From Alloascoidea hylecoeti (taxonomy: Eukaryota), in contig BCKZ01000005.1 of NCBI GenBank assembly GCA_001600815.1, positions 71,532 to 135,531 on the forward strand: a stretch of DNA of 64,000 bases, in the 5' to 3' direction. A model generated the notes under the pieces. It was not told where the DNA came from and ran no database searches. It saw only the letters and a list, made by a program, of their open reading frames with translations. Positions 12,484-24,444 of the stretch are shown in pieces. The translations under genes and the position numbers were made by a program. How positions within the stretch are numbered: the first letter of the stretch is position 1; the number at the start of each line of letters is the position of its first letter.

Positions 12484-14534
12484 ATGACATCTGTCAGTAT
12501 AGGCAACGAACTGAAGGTATGGATGTCATTTATACTCCGCTTTTTTGAAAATACTAACTGATTCAATAGGACGGGTTTAAAATCACCGACAAATGGGTAT
12601 GCTCATTCTTTTGTACTGCAACACACAAACACAACCGGTTATTGAAACAAAGGCTACTAACAGAACTGAAACATATATAGGTCGCAAATGGAGCTAAATG
12701 GCACGAAGAAATTCAAGCCTTTTTCCGTGAAAGAGCTTCCATCGAGGCAGAATATTCCCAGAAACTGAAAAACTTATGCTCGGAATATTTCAAGAAAAAA
12801 TCCAAAGTATCACCATCCTTATCGGTTGGAGACACGCCACAAATAACCCCTGGTTCTTTGGAAAATGCCAGTCTTGTCACTTGGAATGAAATATTAACAC
12901 AGACCGAACTTGTGGCACAAGAAAAACTAAAGTTTTCTCAAGAATTAACACTTAAAGTTTCCGATCAAATCCGTAATAGTGGTACCAAGTATGATGATAT
13001 TAGAAAGCGATTTGAGGTCGTTAATGATAATATCACCAAGGAAAGAGATAATTATTATGATGAATTAAAGAAATCGAAAACTCACTATCATGATACTTGT
13101 CAATCAGTGGAAAACAACCGTGTTAAAATATCGAAAGCATTTGATACCAAAAGGGAAAAGCTCGAAAAAAAGATGGAGGAAAAGGAAACAGTGATGAACC
13201 TTGCTAAAAACGAATATTTAATAAAAATAAATGTAGCCAATCGATTAAAGGACAAATATTATGTCCAGGATATACCTGAATTATTGGATAATCTACAGGA
13301 TACAAATGAATCAAGAGTACGAATTTTAAACTCTTGTTGGTTGAAATCGATCACATTAGAAACTGAATCTCAGAACAGAATCAAAGAAAAATTGGATAAG
13401 ATATCATCCACAATTAATAAAAATGATCCAAAATTAGATTCAACAATGTTTGTTAAACATAATGTTTCTCAATTTACCTCACCTACCGATTTTTATTATG
13501 AACCAAGTCCAATATGGCATGATGATGAAAATTATGTTACAAATAATCAAGAAATTTTAAAAGATTTTAAAAAAAAATTAATTAAATCAAAAGATGATTT
13601 AAACAAATATGAAGATATTGTTGAAAAAGAAAAAGAAGAATTGAAAAAGTTATATGATTTAAAAATGGATGTTAAAACAAATGGGAAAGACATTTCAAAA
13701 TATGATGATTTGATTAAAAAAAGTTTAATGCTATTAGAAAAATTTACATCTGATGATGGGAAGAGAACAATTGCAGAAGTTGAAGTTGAAAGTATTGAAG
13801 TAGCAGCTGGTGAAACAGATCTTAATTCGATTAATATTGCAAATGAAAAGAAGAAAAAACATGGCTTATTTGGATTTGGAAGTAGTAGAAAAACAGTAAC
13901 TATTGATGATTCTAAATCACAAGTTACTTTAACTAAAAATCCTTCTACAACATCTTCTACAAAATCATCTAAAAATAGAAGTTCAAGACTATTTGGCTCT
14001 GTTTTGGGTTCAATGCATGGTAAACGAGAATCAACTTCAAATACTACAGTTACCATCCAATCATGTACTGCCTTATATCCATATCAACCACAATCAAAAG
14101 ATGAGGTATCATTAAATCAAAATGACGCAGTGGAATTGTTGGAACCTGATGATGGATCAGGTTGGGCGAAAGTACGTTCAAATGATGGCACTGAAGGTCT
14201 TGTACCAGCTTCATATTTATCCGAACCATCAATGAAAACAATTCCTGTGAAAACAAGAGCGAGAAATGATTCAATCATATCAATTGCAACAACACATTCC
14301 CGTAATAGTACTGAAAAACGTAAAGGACCAGCAGTTGCTCCTAAAAGAGGAGCTAAAAAGATCAATTATGCTATTGCTTTATATGATTATACTGCCCAAG
14401 GTTCCGATGAGTTATCTGTTAAGGCCGGTGATAAAATTGTTATCAGTGAAAAGGATGATGGCTCTGGTTGGACAGTTGGAGAATTGAATGGGGAAAAGGG
14501 CGTTTTTCCAACAAGCTATGTTAAAATTGAATGA
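12484..14534 (+). CDS. BZZ1: F-BAR plus two SH3 domain protein Bzz1; 3 exons (12484-12516, 12570-12596, 12681-14534)
   Basis: Introns GTATGG..TACTAAC..TAG and GTATGC..TACTAAC..TAG join MTSVSIGNELK-DGFKITDKW-VANGAKW...ERASIEAEYSQKL in frame with the long ORF. Two SH3 domains (ALYPY...DDGSGW...GLVPASY; ALYDY...DDGSGW...GVFPTSY). Confidence 0.92.
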
Positions 14535-14728
14535 TAATAGTTAATTAAATACTTTTATAATTATAATGCAAAAACTTGATCTTTTATACATGTATATCGA
14601 TATTTGATCATGTGATATATCGAACGTTTTATTATTGCAATTGTTTTCACACCACCTTCGCCAACGAAATTCATCTCATTATAACTTTATAAATAAAAAC
14701 GTAAATAAGTTATCAAGCTAATATTTAA

Positions 14729-16369
14729 ATGGGAGCTTTAATGTTAAAACTCTCTACGAAAAGTATTCAAATTGGCAAAACAATTTCACACACACCTTCA
14801 ATTCCAATAATTCAAAGACAATATCAAACTTTACCAACTCATTATAATTCTTCATCTTCAATAATATCGAAAAATATGCATTTTCATTTAAATCGTTTAA
14901 ATATAGCTGCTGCTTCAGGCCTAATTCTTGCCGCTGGTCTCATAAAATCTGGCACTATTAGAATTCCAAACTTAAGTACTATTAGAGGTTTTTCATCTTC
15001 AAACACGATATTTCATTCAACGAATGAACAACAACCACAACAATTGAAAGAAGATAATGAACAACATTGGTTTGTTTTCTTACCAAGTGAAGGTGTTGAG
15101 TATCTTTTGCAAGAAAATCAACAGAGCTTTAACATAAATAATGTAAATGGAATTACACGTTATGATACTTGTCAATTTGCAAGTAATGATCCAATGGAAG
15201 ATGAAATTGACTTTAAAATATATTCAAAAAATGATAGATTATCATGGGGTATCTTTGATGGTCATGGGGGTGAAACTACAAGTGCTGTATTAAAAGATAA
15301 ACTACTTGATAGAGTAAATAATGATTTAACTGAAAATAAAAATGAAAATGAAGATTATATTATAAAAAATGCATTTGAATCACTTGATAATGAAATCGTT
15401 TTTGAAAACTTAAAAAATGAAGTTTTAAATAAAGATAATAAAAAACAATCAATTAAAAAAACACATTTATTAAATGCTGCTTTATCAGGATCTTGTGGTT
15501 TAGTAACAATTTATAATCCAATAAAAAATGAATTAAAGGTTGCAGTAACAGGAGATTCAAGAGCAATTTTAGGTTCTAAAACTAATAATAAAGAATGGAC
15601 AGTTAGATCATTGTCTATTGATCAAACGACCGATAATAAAGATGAAATAGCTAGAATTAAAAGCGAACATAAAGGCGAAACAAATGTGATTTCAAGAGGT
15701 AGGGTACTTGGTTCATTAATACCAACAAGAGCTTTTGGTGATTCACATACGAAATGGTCAGATGAATTAACAAAGAAATATTTACACCTATCAAATAATT
15801 CATTTCCAAGATTAAAATCTCCTCCATATATTACTGCAAAACCTGAAATCACAACAACAATAATTAATCCCAGAAATAACGATTTTATTGTAATGGCAAG
15901 TGATGGATTATTTGAGTTATTATCAAATAAAGATATAATATCTTTAGTCGCTCAATGGATGAAAGAAAACAATTTAGAAGAATTAAATACCGGTTCTTCC
16001 TCATTCCCAGCTGTTGTTGATTTAACACCTGGTTTAGATAATCCCCACATTGAGAAAATAACTGATTTAAAGTCATTTACCGTTAAGGACAAAAATGTTG
16101 CAACACATCTTATCAGAAATGCTCTTGGTGGGAGTGATAGAAGGATTTTAGATGAATTTGTAAGCTATCCACCAAGGGTATCACGTCGTTTTAGAGATGA
16201 CATTTCGATAGTTGTGATATTTTTTGGTGAAAATCATAATAATTACGACAATGAACCACCAAAAATTATAGAGAATTCCATTGGAATGGGAATAAAAGAT
16301 GAAAATATCAGATTGAAATATAAAAGAGATTTTAGTGAAGCATTCAAAAAACAACACAATATTGAATAG
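14729..16369 (+). CDS. PTC5: Mitochondrial PP2C phosphatase, pyruvate dehydrogenase phosphatase Ptc5-like
   Basis: ASNDPMED, GIFDGHGG, VAVTGDSRA, RAFGD, MASDGL, ATHLIRNALGG, RDDI motifs; basic Ser/Thr-rich N-terminus. Confidence 0.8.
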   Translation: MGALMLKLSTKSIQIGKTISHTPSIPIIQRQYQTLPTHYNSSSSIISKNMHFHLNRLNIAAASGLILAAGLIKSGTIRIPNLSTIRGFSSSNTIFHSTNEQQPQQLKEDNEQHWFVFLPSEGVEYLLQENQQSFNINNVNGITRYDTCQFASNDPMEDEIDFKIYSKNDRLSWGIFDGHGGETTSAVLKDKLLDRVNNDLTENKNENEDYIIKNAFESLDNEIVFENLKNEVLNKDNKKQSIKKTHLLNAALSGSCGLVTIYNPIKNELKVAVTGDSRAILGSKTNNKEWTVRSLSIDQTTDNKDEIARIKSEHKGETNVISRGRVLGSLIPTRAFGDSHTKWSDELTKKYLHLSNNSFPRLKSPPYITAKPEITTTIINPRNNDFIVMASDGLFELLSNKDIISLVAQWMKENNLEELNTGSSSFPAVVDLTPGLDNPHIEKITDLKSFTVKDKNVATHLIRNALGGSDRRILDEFVSYPPRVSRRFRDDISIVVIFFGENHNNYDNEPPKIIENSIGMGIKDENIRLKYKRDFSEAFKKQHNIE

Positions 16370-18523
16370 ATTAATGATATATTTTAATTTTTTCTTCAAA
16401 TAATGATTTATCTGATTTCTGTTTCTGTGTAATTATTCTGTAAGTATTAATTATTAAAGATAAAATTTTATATTTTTTTTTTTTTCATTTCCCAATAATC
16501 ACAACGACTCTTGCTATTCTATAAGATGCACTCTACTACATGTACACAAGATTAGTATACTGAATATGTATGACTTATAATTACATTTACTTATAGGCCT
16601 ATATTTAAGAACTAGTGTAGGAAACTGGAGTTTGGAGTTATATATATATATAGTTCCAAGTTAAAACGATCCCATATCAAACGGTGAATTGCTTAGTACC
16701 GATACACCTTCAAAACTATTATATTTATCTGGCATAGATTCAACATGTTTTTGTGGATCGACTGACTACCTTGTAGGAATGATCAACAATGTCGTAGAAA
16801 TATCCATTCGAAAGAGTAGAGGGCTAATTCAAAAGATAAGTTGAACGTTGAATAAAAAGTTTTACAAGTTCTTGACAATATTGAGAATCGATGAATTTGA
16901 GACGCCTGACAATTATTTTGAATACTGACAATTTCTAACCAAAGTTCAAGCGGAAGTGAAGTAGATTTATTAATTTCTTTTTCAACAGCAAGTTGTAAGT
17001 CTCTTTTTCATTTTTGTTTCCACCATGGGTAGAGCTTGGAAGCGTAAAAGTTTTGCGATCAGTTTCATTCATGATAAAACAATAGTTTTCCTATAAGATT
17101 TGTAACTGGAATGCTTGAGTTCCGCAATATAAACTAAATTTAAACCATCTTGATATGACAACATTCCCTGGGCCTATAATTAATACTTTTACCTCAGGAA
17201 TTCAGTCAAATGGTAACCTATGGTATGTCTTCGATTCATGGAGTTGTAAGTGGGAAACTACATGGTAGTAATAATAGTACACTTTCAAAAAATACGCGTA
17301 AAACTTACATAATTAAATTCGTTTTCGTTTCGTATAGACTTTGAAAAGGGCAAAGATAACATTCAATTATGGTTCAAACACTGATTAATATAAATTCATA
17401 AATACAATATTTACATTACAGATGAGACTGGTTGTCTATGCTGGGGGTATTGGAAAGTCCAGGTAGGAACGGCTCAAGTGGAATATCCCTCAATTGCTCC
17501 CTCCTTGAAAGGAAACTTGTCATAGGTTTGCTCCCTCTATAGTTATTCTTAGCCAAAAAACAACGTCCAGATCCAGATTTCATGGTCTAAAGATATCAGA
17601 GAGAAGGAGAGGAGTTAATGGTTCGTTGTTGTGTTTAAATAGTAGATATATAATTCTATATAAAAATACTTCTTATTCTCGATGGGCATTCCTCTAATGT
17701 AAATATTGAATTCACAGATAGTTGTAAGAAATGTATGATACACTTGTTGGATCTCCTAGCACATAAATCGGAGATATCACAAGTTCTTGATATTTCTTAC
17801 TTTTTTCTGTTGAAAAAATTACAGCCGACCAAGCGATAAAGTTATGCCTTTTTTGTAAATTCTCCACAACAGTCAAAGTTATTCTTATCATATGAAATTC
17901 TGGGCCTGTGAGTTTCATAGTATGGGTTGAAATTTTGAAAGTAAGCCCTGCTTCACTGTATAGAGTGATTGAGGATATTAATCGTAGAAGAAAAGGTTCT
18001 ACCCCATGTTCCTACATAAAACTTCTGGAAGAGGCGATTGATGGGGTTCATGAGGGCCTCATATAAAATCAGGAGGGAATATCTATGCATAGAGCTAAAA
18101 TCACGATGTTTTGATTTTGTGGAGAGGAGATAGGGGTAGAGTGGGATTTGGATGGCCAGAAGTTCAGAACCCAATTGAGTGAGTGCATTTGGAATTATAA
18201 GGGTGCCAACACTAGGTATTCAGCTTACGATTCAATTCATTTATACTGATATACTCACTATGATTTAGAGAACATTATGCACTATTTTAAGAACAGTTTA
18301 AGGCTTTTATAGAATATAGATTATAATATTCTGACTTCTTGCTATCCTACAATGGAATCGAATAATTCCAAACAACAAACTTCATGGAGAGATTTCTCAA
18401 GAAACTGAGAACTAAGGATAGTTTCAGCTTATACATTTACTTTATTATAATTCATATCAATATAGCAAAAATCATTATTTATAGTTTATAGAATATATAT
18501 GATATTAAATGTTAAATATGTAG

Positions 18524-21499
18524 CTAAAAGAACCAGTGCTTTTTTTTTTTCTTCTTTGTATCTTTAACTGAAGATTGTAATTGGTTTGTTTGAATTCCCA
18601 TCTTCATCATTTTATTTATATTCATATCTTGTCCTGCTAAACCTAATCCAACTCCATTTAATCCTCTTCCGATTGATCGCATTTCTTTATCTTTTTCTCC
18701 GTTGACTTTTTCTGTTTCTATTGGTTTAACTTTGGGTTCAAAAGTAGGAATATTAGATGACGTGGTAACTTTTACCATTGCAGGCTCAACTTTAACAGAC
18801 TCAATTACAATTGGTTTTTCCACAGCTCTTTGTCCAAGTTTTGAAGATGATGGTTTAGGATCTATAGGTGTCGGTTTAGTTTCAAAAGGCCGAATTAAGT
18901 CATTAGTAAGCTCAATCGGTTCTATATTTGCAATTTGATTTGATTTTGATTTTGATTTTGATTCCGTAACTGGTTTAGCTGAAAGAATTGGTATTTTGAA
19001 GAAATTACCCTTAGTTAACTTTGGTTGAATTAATTTTTTTGATCTCACTGTCTCTTCAGGTCGATCTTTAATAACAGTGTCAGATATTGCCACCGATATA
19101 TCATTTTTTATTTTTGTTGTATCATGATCAGTGATAAATTCTGTTTCTTTTTTTTTATTCACATTTCCCTTTTCCTTTTCAACAAGTTTTGAAATATCAT
19201 CTTTCTGATCAGTGTTAATTTCTTTCTCATCATATTTCTTGTCAACAATACCTTTCCCACTTATAATATCCTTCTCTCTGATACTATCTTTTTCCTTGAT
19301 ATCATCTTTTTTAACAATACTATCGTTCTCCTTGATATTATTTATGTTATTAATAACATTACCTTTTTCATTCCCATTATTATCTTTCTTATCACCACTA
19401 ACTATCAAACTAACCACGATAATAATCACCAATAAAACCATAATAATAAATTCAAAACTATCTTTTATTCCACCATTATTATTAATTAATTGTTTTTCAT
19501 CATGTTTTGAACTTGTTATAAATTCAATTATTTTAAATAAAATATTTTTAATTATGATTATTATTAACATTGTCAAAGCACCACCAGCATATGAAATAAA
19601 ATTAAATTGAAAATCATTATCATTATCATTATTGCTTAGTATTGGTGTTAATTTAGTTGAATCGATTTTAAAAATATCATCAGAAGGTCTAATAGAACTT
19701 GTATTTGTATTTGTACTTGTATTCGATCCTATTTTCTTCATTGAAACAGAATCTAATCTTAATTCATTATTATTAATGCTTCTCCTTTTAATGCTATCTG
19801 TTTGAAGTTTAACATTTCGAAATTTTTTAACTGGAGTTGGCGCCGGAATTGGAATTGGAAGTGGAATTGTAGCTGGAGTTGGAATTGGTATAGTTTGTAT
19901 ATTACTATCATTTAATATAGGATCATTATTAAGTGTTTGCAATGATATATTACAAGTTTCAATTGTATTTTTAATTTCTTCCTCAATTGTTTGAGATATT
20001 GAATCAGATAGTATCGGAACTTTAATAATTTCTTTTGGTACAATGGGATCTGGTTCTTGTAGAGTTTGAATTATTGAATCATATACGATCGGAAGTTTTT
20101 CATCAACATTATTAGTTTGAATTACCGAATCATATACTATTGGAAGATTTTCAATAATGTTGTTGGTTTGAATTGATTTTTCTTTTGTTAGAATAACTGG
20201 AGTTTCAATTGGAGATGTGATTGGATTTAAGTTTACGTTTAAATTTAAACTATGATTATCATTTTTTCTTAATATTTCCGATGTTCTTGTAGTAACAGGT
20301 GAAGGAGTTTCATGTTCATTTATATCATCTTGTAATTGTAAATTCTGAAGTTCCAATTGTTCTTCATAAGGTATTGGAATTTTTGGTGGTAATGGTGGAG
20401 CATTATTAAAAATACTTGAATCACTAGCAGAATCGGATTCAACATAACTATTATCATCATCATTATTATCAATAGTATTAATATTAATTGATTTTTCATT
20501 ATCTTTCTTTAATTCATTTTCAATTGTAATTGGGAAATTAAAGCTTTGAAGATTTTGTTGTAAAATTGAATCATTGTTATCATTAAACTCATTGAACTCA
20601 TTAATATTTTCCATGTCTTGAATTTGCTGAAAGTTTGATTTTGTATCTTTATCTAAGTTTAAATCCGATTCATAATCATAATTGTTTGTATTTGAATTTA
20701 TTGGGATCATGTTAATTATATTTGAACCTTGTACTTGCATGTTTTTATCTTCATGTTCATGGCCATTATCATGCTCAACTCCATGTTCATTTTCCTTTTC
20801 TTTCTCATGTTCATATTCATATTCATTTTCATCTTCGTCTTCATCTTCTAATTTAAACTTTTTCTTTTTATTTCTTGTTGTTACATTAATATTTGATAAT
20901 TTATTACCGGAATTAATCTTTTTCTTTAAAATATTTTGTCCAGAATGTAAATTTTTTGATTCTTTTTCATCATATAATAATTGATTATTATTCAATGGTG
21001 ATTGTAACACGTAATTTTGATCATGTTCATGATCATGTTCGATTGCAGCAGAACTTTTCGCTCTATTATGATTTATCAAACCTTCTTGAGATAAATCACT
21101 GTAATTGTAATTATGATAATCACCAGCATAAGTTTTTCTTTTAGCTAACTTACTTTGTTTTTCTGAAGTTGAAGGTTTGTGAAGGGATGAACGTCTTGAA
21201 GGTTCACTAATATCAGGAGATCCAATGAAATGGCGCAAGAAGTCCTTATTATATTGATCATTCAGAGAATTTATCTGATGGTGACGACGATCAGGTTTAC
21301 TTAAAGAAGGAATTCTTGAAGGAAGTTTTTTTGGTTGGAATTTGACAGGAATTGAAGAACCATGTTGTCTCCTTTTAGAAGGTTTATCGTGTGTTAATAT
21401 AACAGCTCCTCTTTCGCCAGAATCGACCAGCTGATCATCACTGCCAATTTGCAAAGAATACGATTTGTCGATACTTTTATTTTTACGGTGAGTTCCCAT
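18524..21499 (-). CDS. Large low-complexity orphan protein with two TM helices and a QT-motif array
   Basis: Uninterrupted ORF of ~990 codons from ATG 21499; two hydrophobic segments; no recognisable folded domain. Confidence 0.75.
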   Translation of the reverse strand: MGTHRKNKSIDKSYSLQIGSDDQLVDSGERGAVILTHDKPSKRRQHGSSIPVKFQPKKLPSRIPSLSKPDRRHHQINSLNDQYNKDFLRHFIGSPDISEPSRRSSLHKPSTSEKQSKLAKRKTYAGDYHNYNYSDLSQEGLINHNRAKSSAAIEHDHEHDQNYVLQSPLNNNQLLYDEKESKNLHSGQNILKKKINSGNKLSNINVTTRNKKKKFKLEDEDEDENEYEYEHEKEKENEHGVEHDNGHEHEDKNMQVQGSNIINMIPINSNTNNYDYESDLNLDKDTKSNFQQIQDMENINEFNEFNDNNDSILQQNLQSFNFPITIENELKKDNEKSININTIDNNDDDNSYVESDSASDSSIFNNAPPLPPKIPIPYEEQLELQNLQLQDDINEHETPSPVTTRTSEILRKNDNHSLNLNVNLNPITSPIETPVILTKEKSIQTNNIIENLPIVYDSVIQTNNVDEKLPIVYDSIIQTLQEPDPIVPKEIIKVPILSDSISQTIEEEIKNTIETCNISLQTLNNDPILNDSNIQTIPIPTPATIPLPIPIPAPTPVKKFRNVKLQTDSIKRRSINNNELRLDSVSMKKIGSNTSTNTNTSSIRPSDDIFKIDSTKLTPILSNNDNDNDFQFNFISYAGGALTMLIIIIIKNILFKIIEFITSSKHDEKQLINNNGGIKDSFEFIIMVLLVIIIVVSLIVSGDKKDNNGNEKGNVINNINNIKENDSIVKKDDIKEKDSIREKDIISGKGIVDKKYDEKEINTDQKDDISKLVEKEKGNVNKKKETEFITDHDTTKIKNDISVAISDTVIKDRPEETVRSKKLIQPKLTKGNFFKIPILSAKPVTESKSKSKSNQIANIEPIELTNDLIRPFETKPTPIDPKPSSSKLGQRAVEKPIVIESVKVEPAMVKVTTSSNIPTFEPKVKPIETEKVNGEKDKEMRSIGRGLNGVGLGLAGQDMNINKMMKMGIQTNQLQSSVKDTKKKKKKHWFF

Positions 21500-21682
21500 A
21501 ATAAAAAAAGGAGATTTAATAAAAAACACACAGTAATAAAGAATATATTTATATTAAGGTACGGTGGCAGCCATCTCACGTGATCTCAATTTATATAATC
21601 GTATTTCAACCTCCAAATTTCATTTTCTCTTTCATATATTTATTTTTACTTTTAGATTATTGTTATTGGGGTTTTCATTGAA

Positions 21683-23398
21683 ATGGATCGTCGCAGCAGA
21701 GTAGCAAGTTTTGTCAAGCAAACAGTCTCTCAGGTATCTCAGTATTATCCATCAAATGAAAATGGAGCATCTTCCCGGACATTATCATTCTCTTCGATAA
21801 CAACTTCCTCAACCTCAACCACTTCATCATCCTTACCGGCATCCGAAAATACTGAACTACTGCTATATCCCGCATTTTCCCATTATGCTCCAAATGAAAA
21901 TAATTGGAAAACTCATATTTATGGTTGGTTATTTATACCAGGAACGATGAACAGAAAAAATCGATTAATTTACACAATAATGAAACAATTAGTTGGTATA
22001 AATCAACAAAATTCTTATCTTGAACCGACTTTAAAAGAACGTTTTTCACCTTTTATTGCTAAATATTTACCAAATGTTGATCTTATTTTAATGACTGATA
22101 ATAATGAGGATAGTTTTAACTTATCTTCACAAGACGGGTTTTTTCATCATACTATAACAACAACAAAGAAACCTAACATTTTATGTATAAAGACAAGGGA
22201 TGAATTAGTTATAAGTCCATCAACTCAAGTTTATAATATGAATAATGCTGGTATTGGAATAATATCAGATATTGATGATACAATAAAAGATTCTGGTATA
22301 TTAGGTGATAAACGAACATTATTACGAAATATTTTTATAAAAGATGTTAAAAAAGGTATAATTGATGGAGTTTTAGATTGGTATAATTATTTAAATACAG
22401 AATTTCATGATAATATATCATTTCATTATGTTTCAAATTCTCCTTATCAATTAAGATATCAATTAACAAATTTTTTAAATTTAAATGGTTTTCCTAAGGG
22501 TACATTAAATTTAAAAAAATATGCTTTAAGTAAACCAATACAACAAATTAACTCATTATTTGAACCAAGTCATGAAAAGAAAAAATTAGCATTATATAAA
22601 TTATTAAATGATTTTCCAAATAAAAAATTCTTATTAATTGGTGATTCTGGTGAATATGATTTAGAAGCTTATATTGATTTAGCAAATAAATTTCCAAAAC
22701 AAATCTTAGGTATTTTCATTCATTTATTAAAAATTGAATCATGGGATGGGCAAATGATTTGGATTGATGGTGAAGATGGTTTATCAACAAATGATGTTTT
22801 TTATAAACCTTTAGATATTGAAATTGAAAATAATAGTACTACTAATGATTTAATTGATTTAAATTCATCATCCTCACCTTTACCTTCAAACGAAAATGTT
22901 ATTAAAAAGTTACCACCGAAAGTCCCTAAAAAACCATCAAATTTTAAATCGGTACCAACTAGAAAACCCCCACCTTCATATCCAAGCTCAATTTCAACTT
23001 CAATTTCAAATCCAAATCCAATTTCATCAACACCACCTCAATTACCACCACGACGGCCATCTACAGTACCACCTCTGCCACCCCGACGGGTACAAACAGA
23101 AACGGCTATAAACTTTTCAAGTAATTTAAATCCATCATTAACATCAAATCATATTTATCGTTCACAAACAATTGTAGAAGAATCACCAAAATCATCATCA
23201 TATGTATCATCAACATCAACAAATGAATTACAAGATAATCTTGAAAAATATGATTTAGATTATGATCAAGATGAATTAGATGTTGACAAAAGAATTGAAA
23301 ATTGGAAAAGAAGAGTTTCAATTGCAAAAAGAGATTTACCAAAAGGTATTAAATTAAAATTTTGGATAAATGGTCAAGAATGTATTGGAATATTATAA
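21683..23398 (+). CDS. APP1: Phosphatidate phosphatase App1 (actin patch protein)
   Basis: IISDIDDTIK (DxDxT), FHYVSNSP, LIGDSGEYDLEAY; proline-rich PPLPPRR C-terminal region. Confidence 0.88.
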   Translation: MDRRSRVASFVKQTVSQVSQYYPSNENGASSRTLSFSSITTSSTSTTSSSLPASENTELLLYPAFSHYAPNENNWKTHIYGWLFIPGTMNRKNRLIYTIMKQLVGINQQNSYLEPTLKERFSPFIAKYLPNVDLILMTDNNEDSFNLSSQDGFFHHTITTTKKPNILCIKTRDELVISPSTQVYNMNNAGIGIISDIDDTIKDSGILGDKRTLLRNIFIKDVKKGIIDGVLDWYNYLNTEFHDNISFHYVSNSPYQLRYQLTNFLNLNGFPKGTLNLKKYALSKPIQQINSLFEPSHEKKKLALYKLLNDFPNKKFLLIGDSGEYDLEAYIDLANKFPKQILGIFIHLLKIESWDGQMIWIDGEDGLSTNDVFYKPLDIEIENNSTTNDLIDLNSSSSPLPSNENVIKKLPPKVPKKPSNFKSVPTRKPPPSYPSSISTSISNPNPISSTPPQLPPRRPSTVPPLPPRRVQTETAINFSSNLNPSLTSNHIYRSQTIVEESPKSSSYVSSTSTNELQDNLEKYDLDYDQDELDVDKRIENWKRRVSIAKRDLPKGIKLKFWINGQECIGIL

Positions 23399-23568
23399 TA
23401 AATCATCCTAACTTAATTATCAAATTAATATTTACCGGTATAAACAATCATTTGGCATTTTTTAATTTTTAAAAATTTTTAAAATTTTTGAATTTTTTAT
23501 CATTTTATATTATAATAGAAGTATTTATTGTGAAAAAATAGAAGTAATATATATTAACCTAACCGAAC

Positions 23569-24444
23569 CTAACCATCTAAAGCACGTAAAGCTTCTTCCA
23601 ATCGTTTCCTACCCTCTTGTTGTTTAACATTATCATTTCCAGAACATACGTCAAGTGCTAATCTTGATAAGGAATCAACAATGTTATCTAATAGTTGTTT
23701 ATCTCTTGTGTTTATATCTATTCCTTCAAATTCTTTCCCTATTGCTGTATCGGTTTTGGGATGGCTGCGATGACGATGCCGTTTCGATTTTAATTTTGAT
23801 TTTGATTTTTCTGATTTTGTGGATTTTGAATTCAGAGAGTGTTTTGATTTTACAAATTCAACAGATTTCAAATTCGAAGATTTTTCTGGTTTTGTAGATT
23901 TAAAGATTTTAGTATTGCTATCTGTATCTGTAATCATCCTTGTTGACGTCCCAGCCTCAATTTCACCCTCCGAAAACTCAACAACCGGTCTCAATTGATC
24001 TGTAAAATCAAATTGGCTTCGACTCTCCGGTAAAGAATCAGTTGTGTTCATGGAATAATAACTTTCAATGGCTCCTCGATTTTTACTGGTTTCATTTTCA
24101 ACATAAATACCAACTTTTTTAATTTTTGAAGCTGAATATTTAGATATTAATAATTTCTGTGCATCTGTTATTGCTGAATTAATAACCTGATATGAAGATA
24201 TATCTGAACATATAGAACTTCTAACTGAGTTTCTGACAGAATTTCTAACAGGAGGATCTAAAATTCCATCCTCGGAGGAAATAGAATGGTGCTTTCGCTC
24301 TGGTCGTTGTATTTGTCTTTGTCTTTGGATCATTTTTTGAACGAGAAAGATAGTTTGAAGTGATAATCGAAACTTAGCCTTAGTATCCATGAACTTCCTA
24401 ATCGGGGTATGAAAGCAGGGTAACTTACATGCTATCGCAACCAT
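23569..24444 (-). CDS. Hypothetical protein with a helical C-terminal motif
   Basis: 291-codon ORF (alternative start MDTK at ~24390). The C-terminus DKQLLDNIVDSLSRL...EGRKRLEEALRALDG looks conserved, with a tentative resemblance to Nba1-type bud-neck proteins (from memory, unverified). Confidence 0.55.
   Translation of the reverse strand: MVAIACKLPCFHTPIRKFMDTKAKFRLSLQTIFLVQKMIQRQRQIQRPERKHHSISSEDGILDPPVRNSVRNSVRSSICSDISSYQVINSAITDAQKLLISKYSASKIKKVGIYVENETSKNRGAIESYYSMNTTDSLPESRSQFDFTDQLRPVVEFSEGEIEAGTSTRMITDTDSNTKIFKSTKPEKSSNLKSVEFVKSKHSLNSKSTKSEKSKSKLKSKRHRHRSHPKTDTAIGKEFEGIDINTRDKQLLDNIVDSLSRLALDVCSGNDNVKQQEGRKRLEEALRALDG

Noticed and set aside
16600..18400. Short ORFs (17712-17918, 17953-18174) and coding-like text; possible mobile-element relic
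   Set aside because: No recognisable motif, LTR, TIR or target-site duplication
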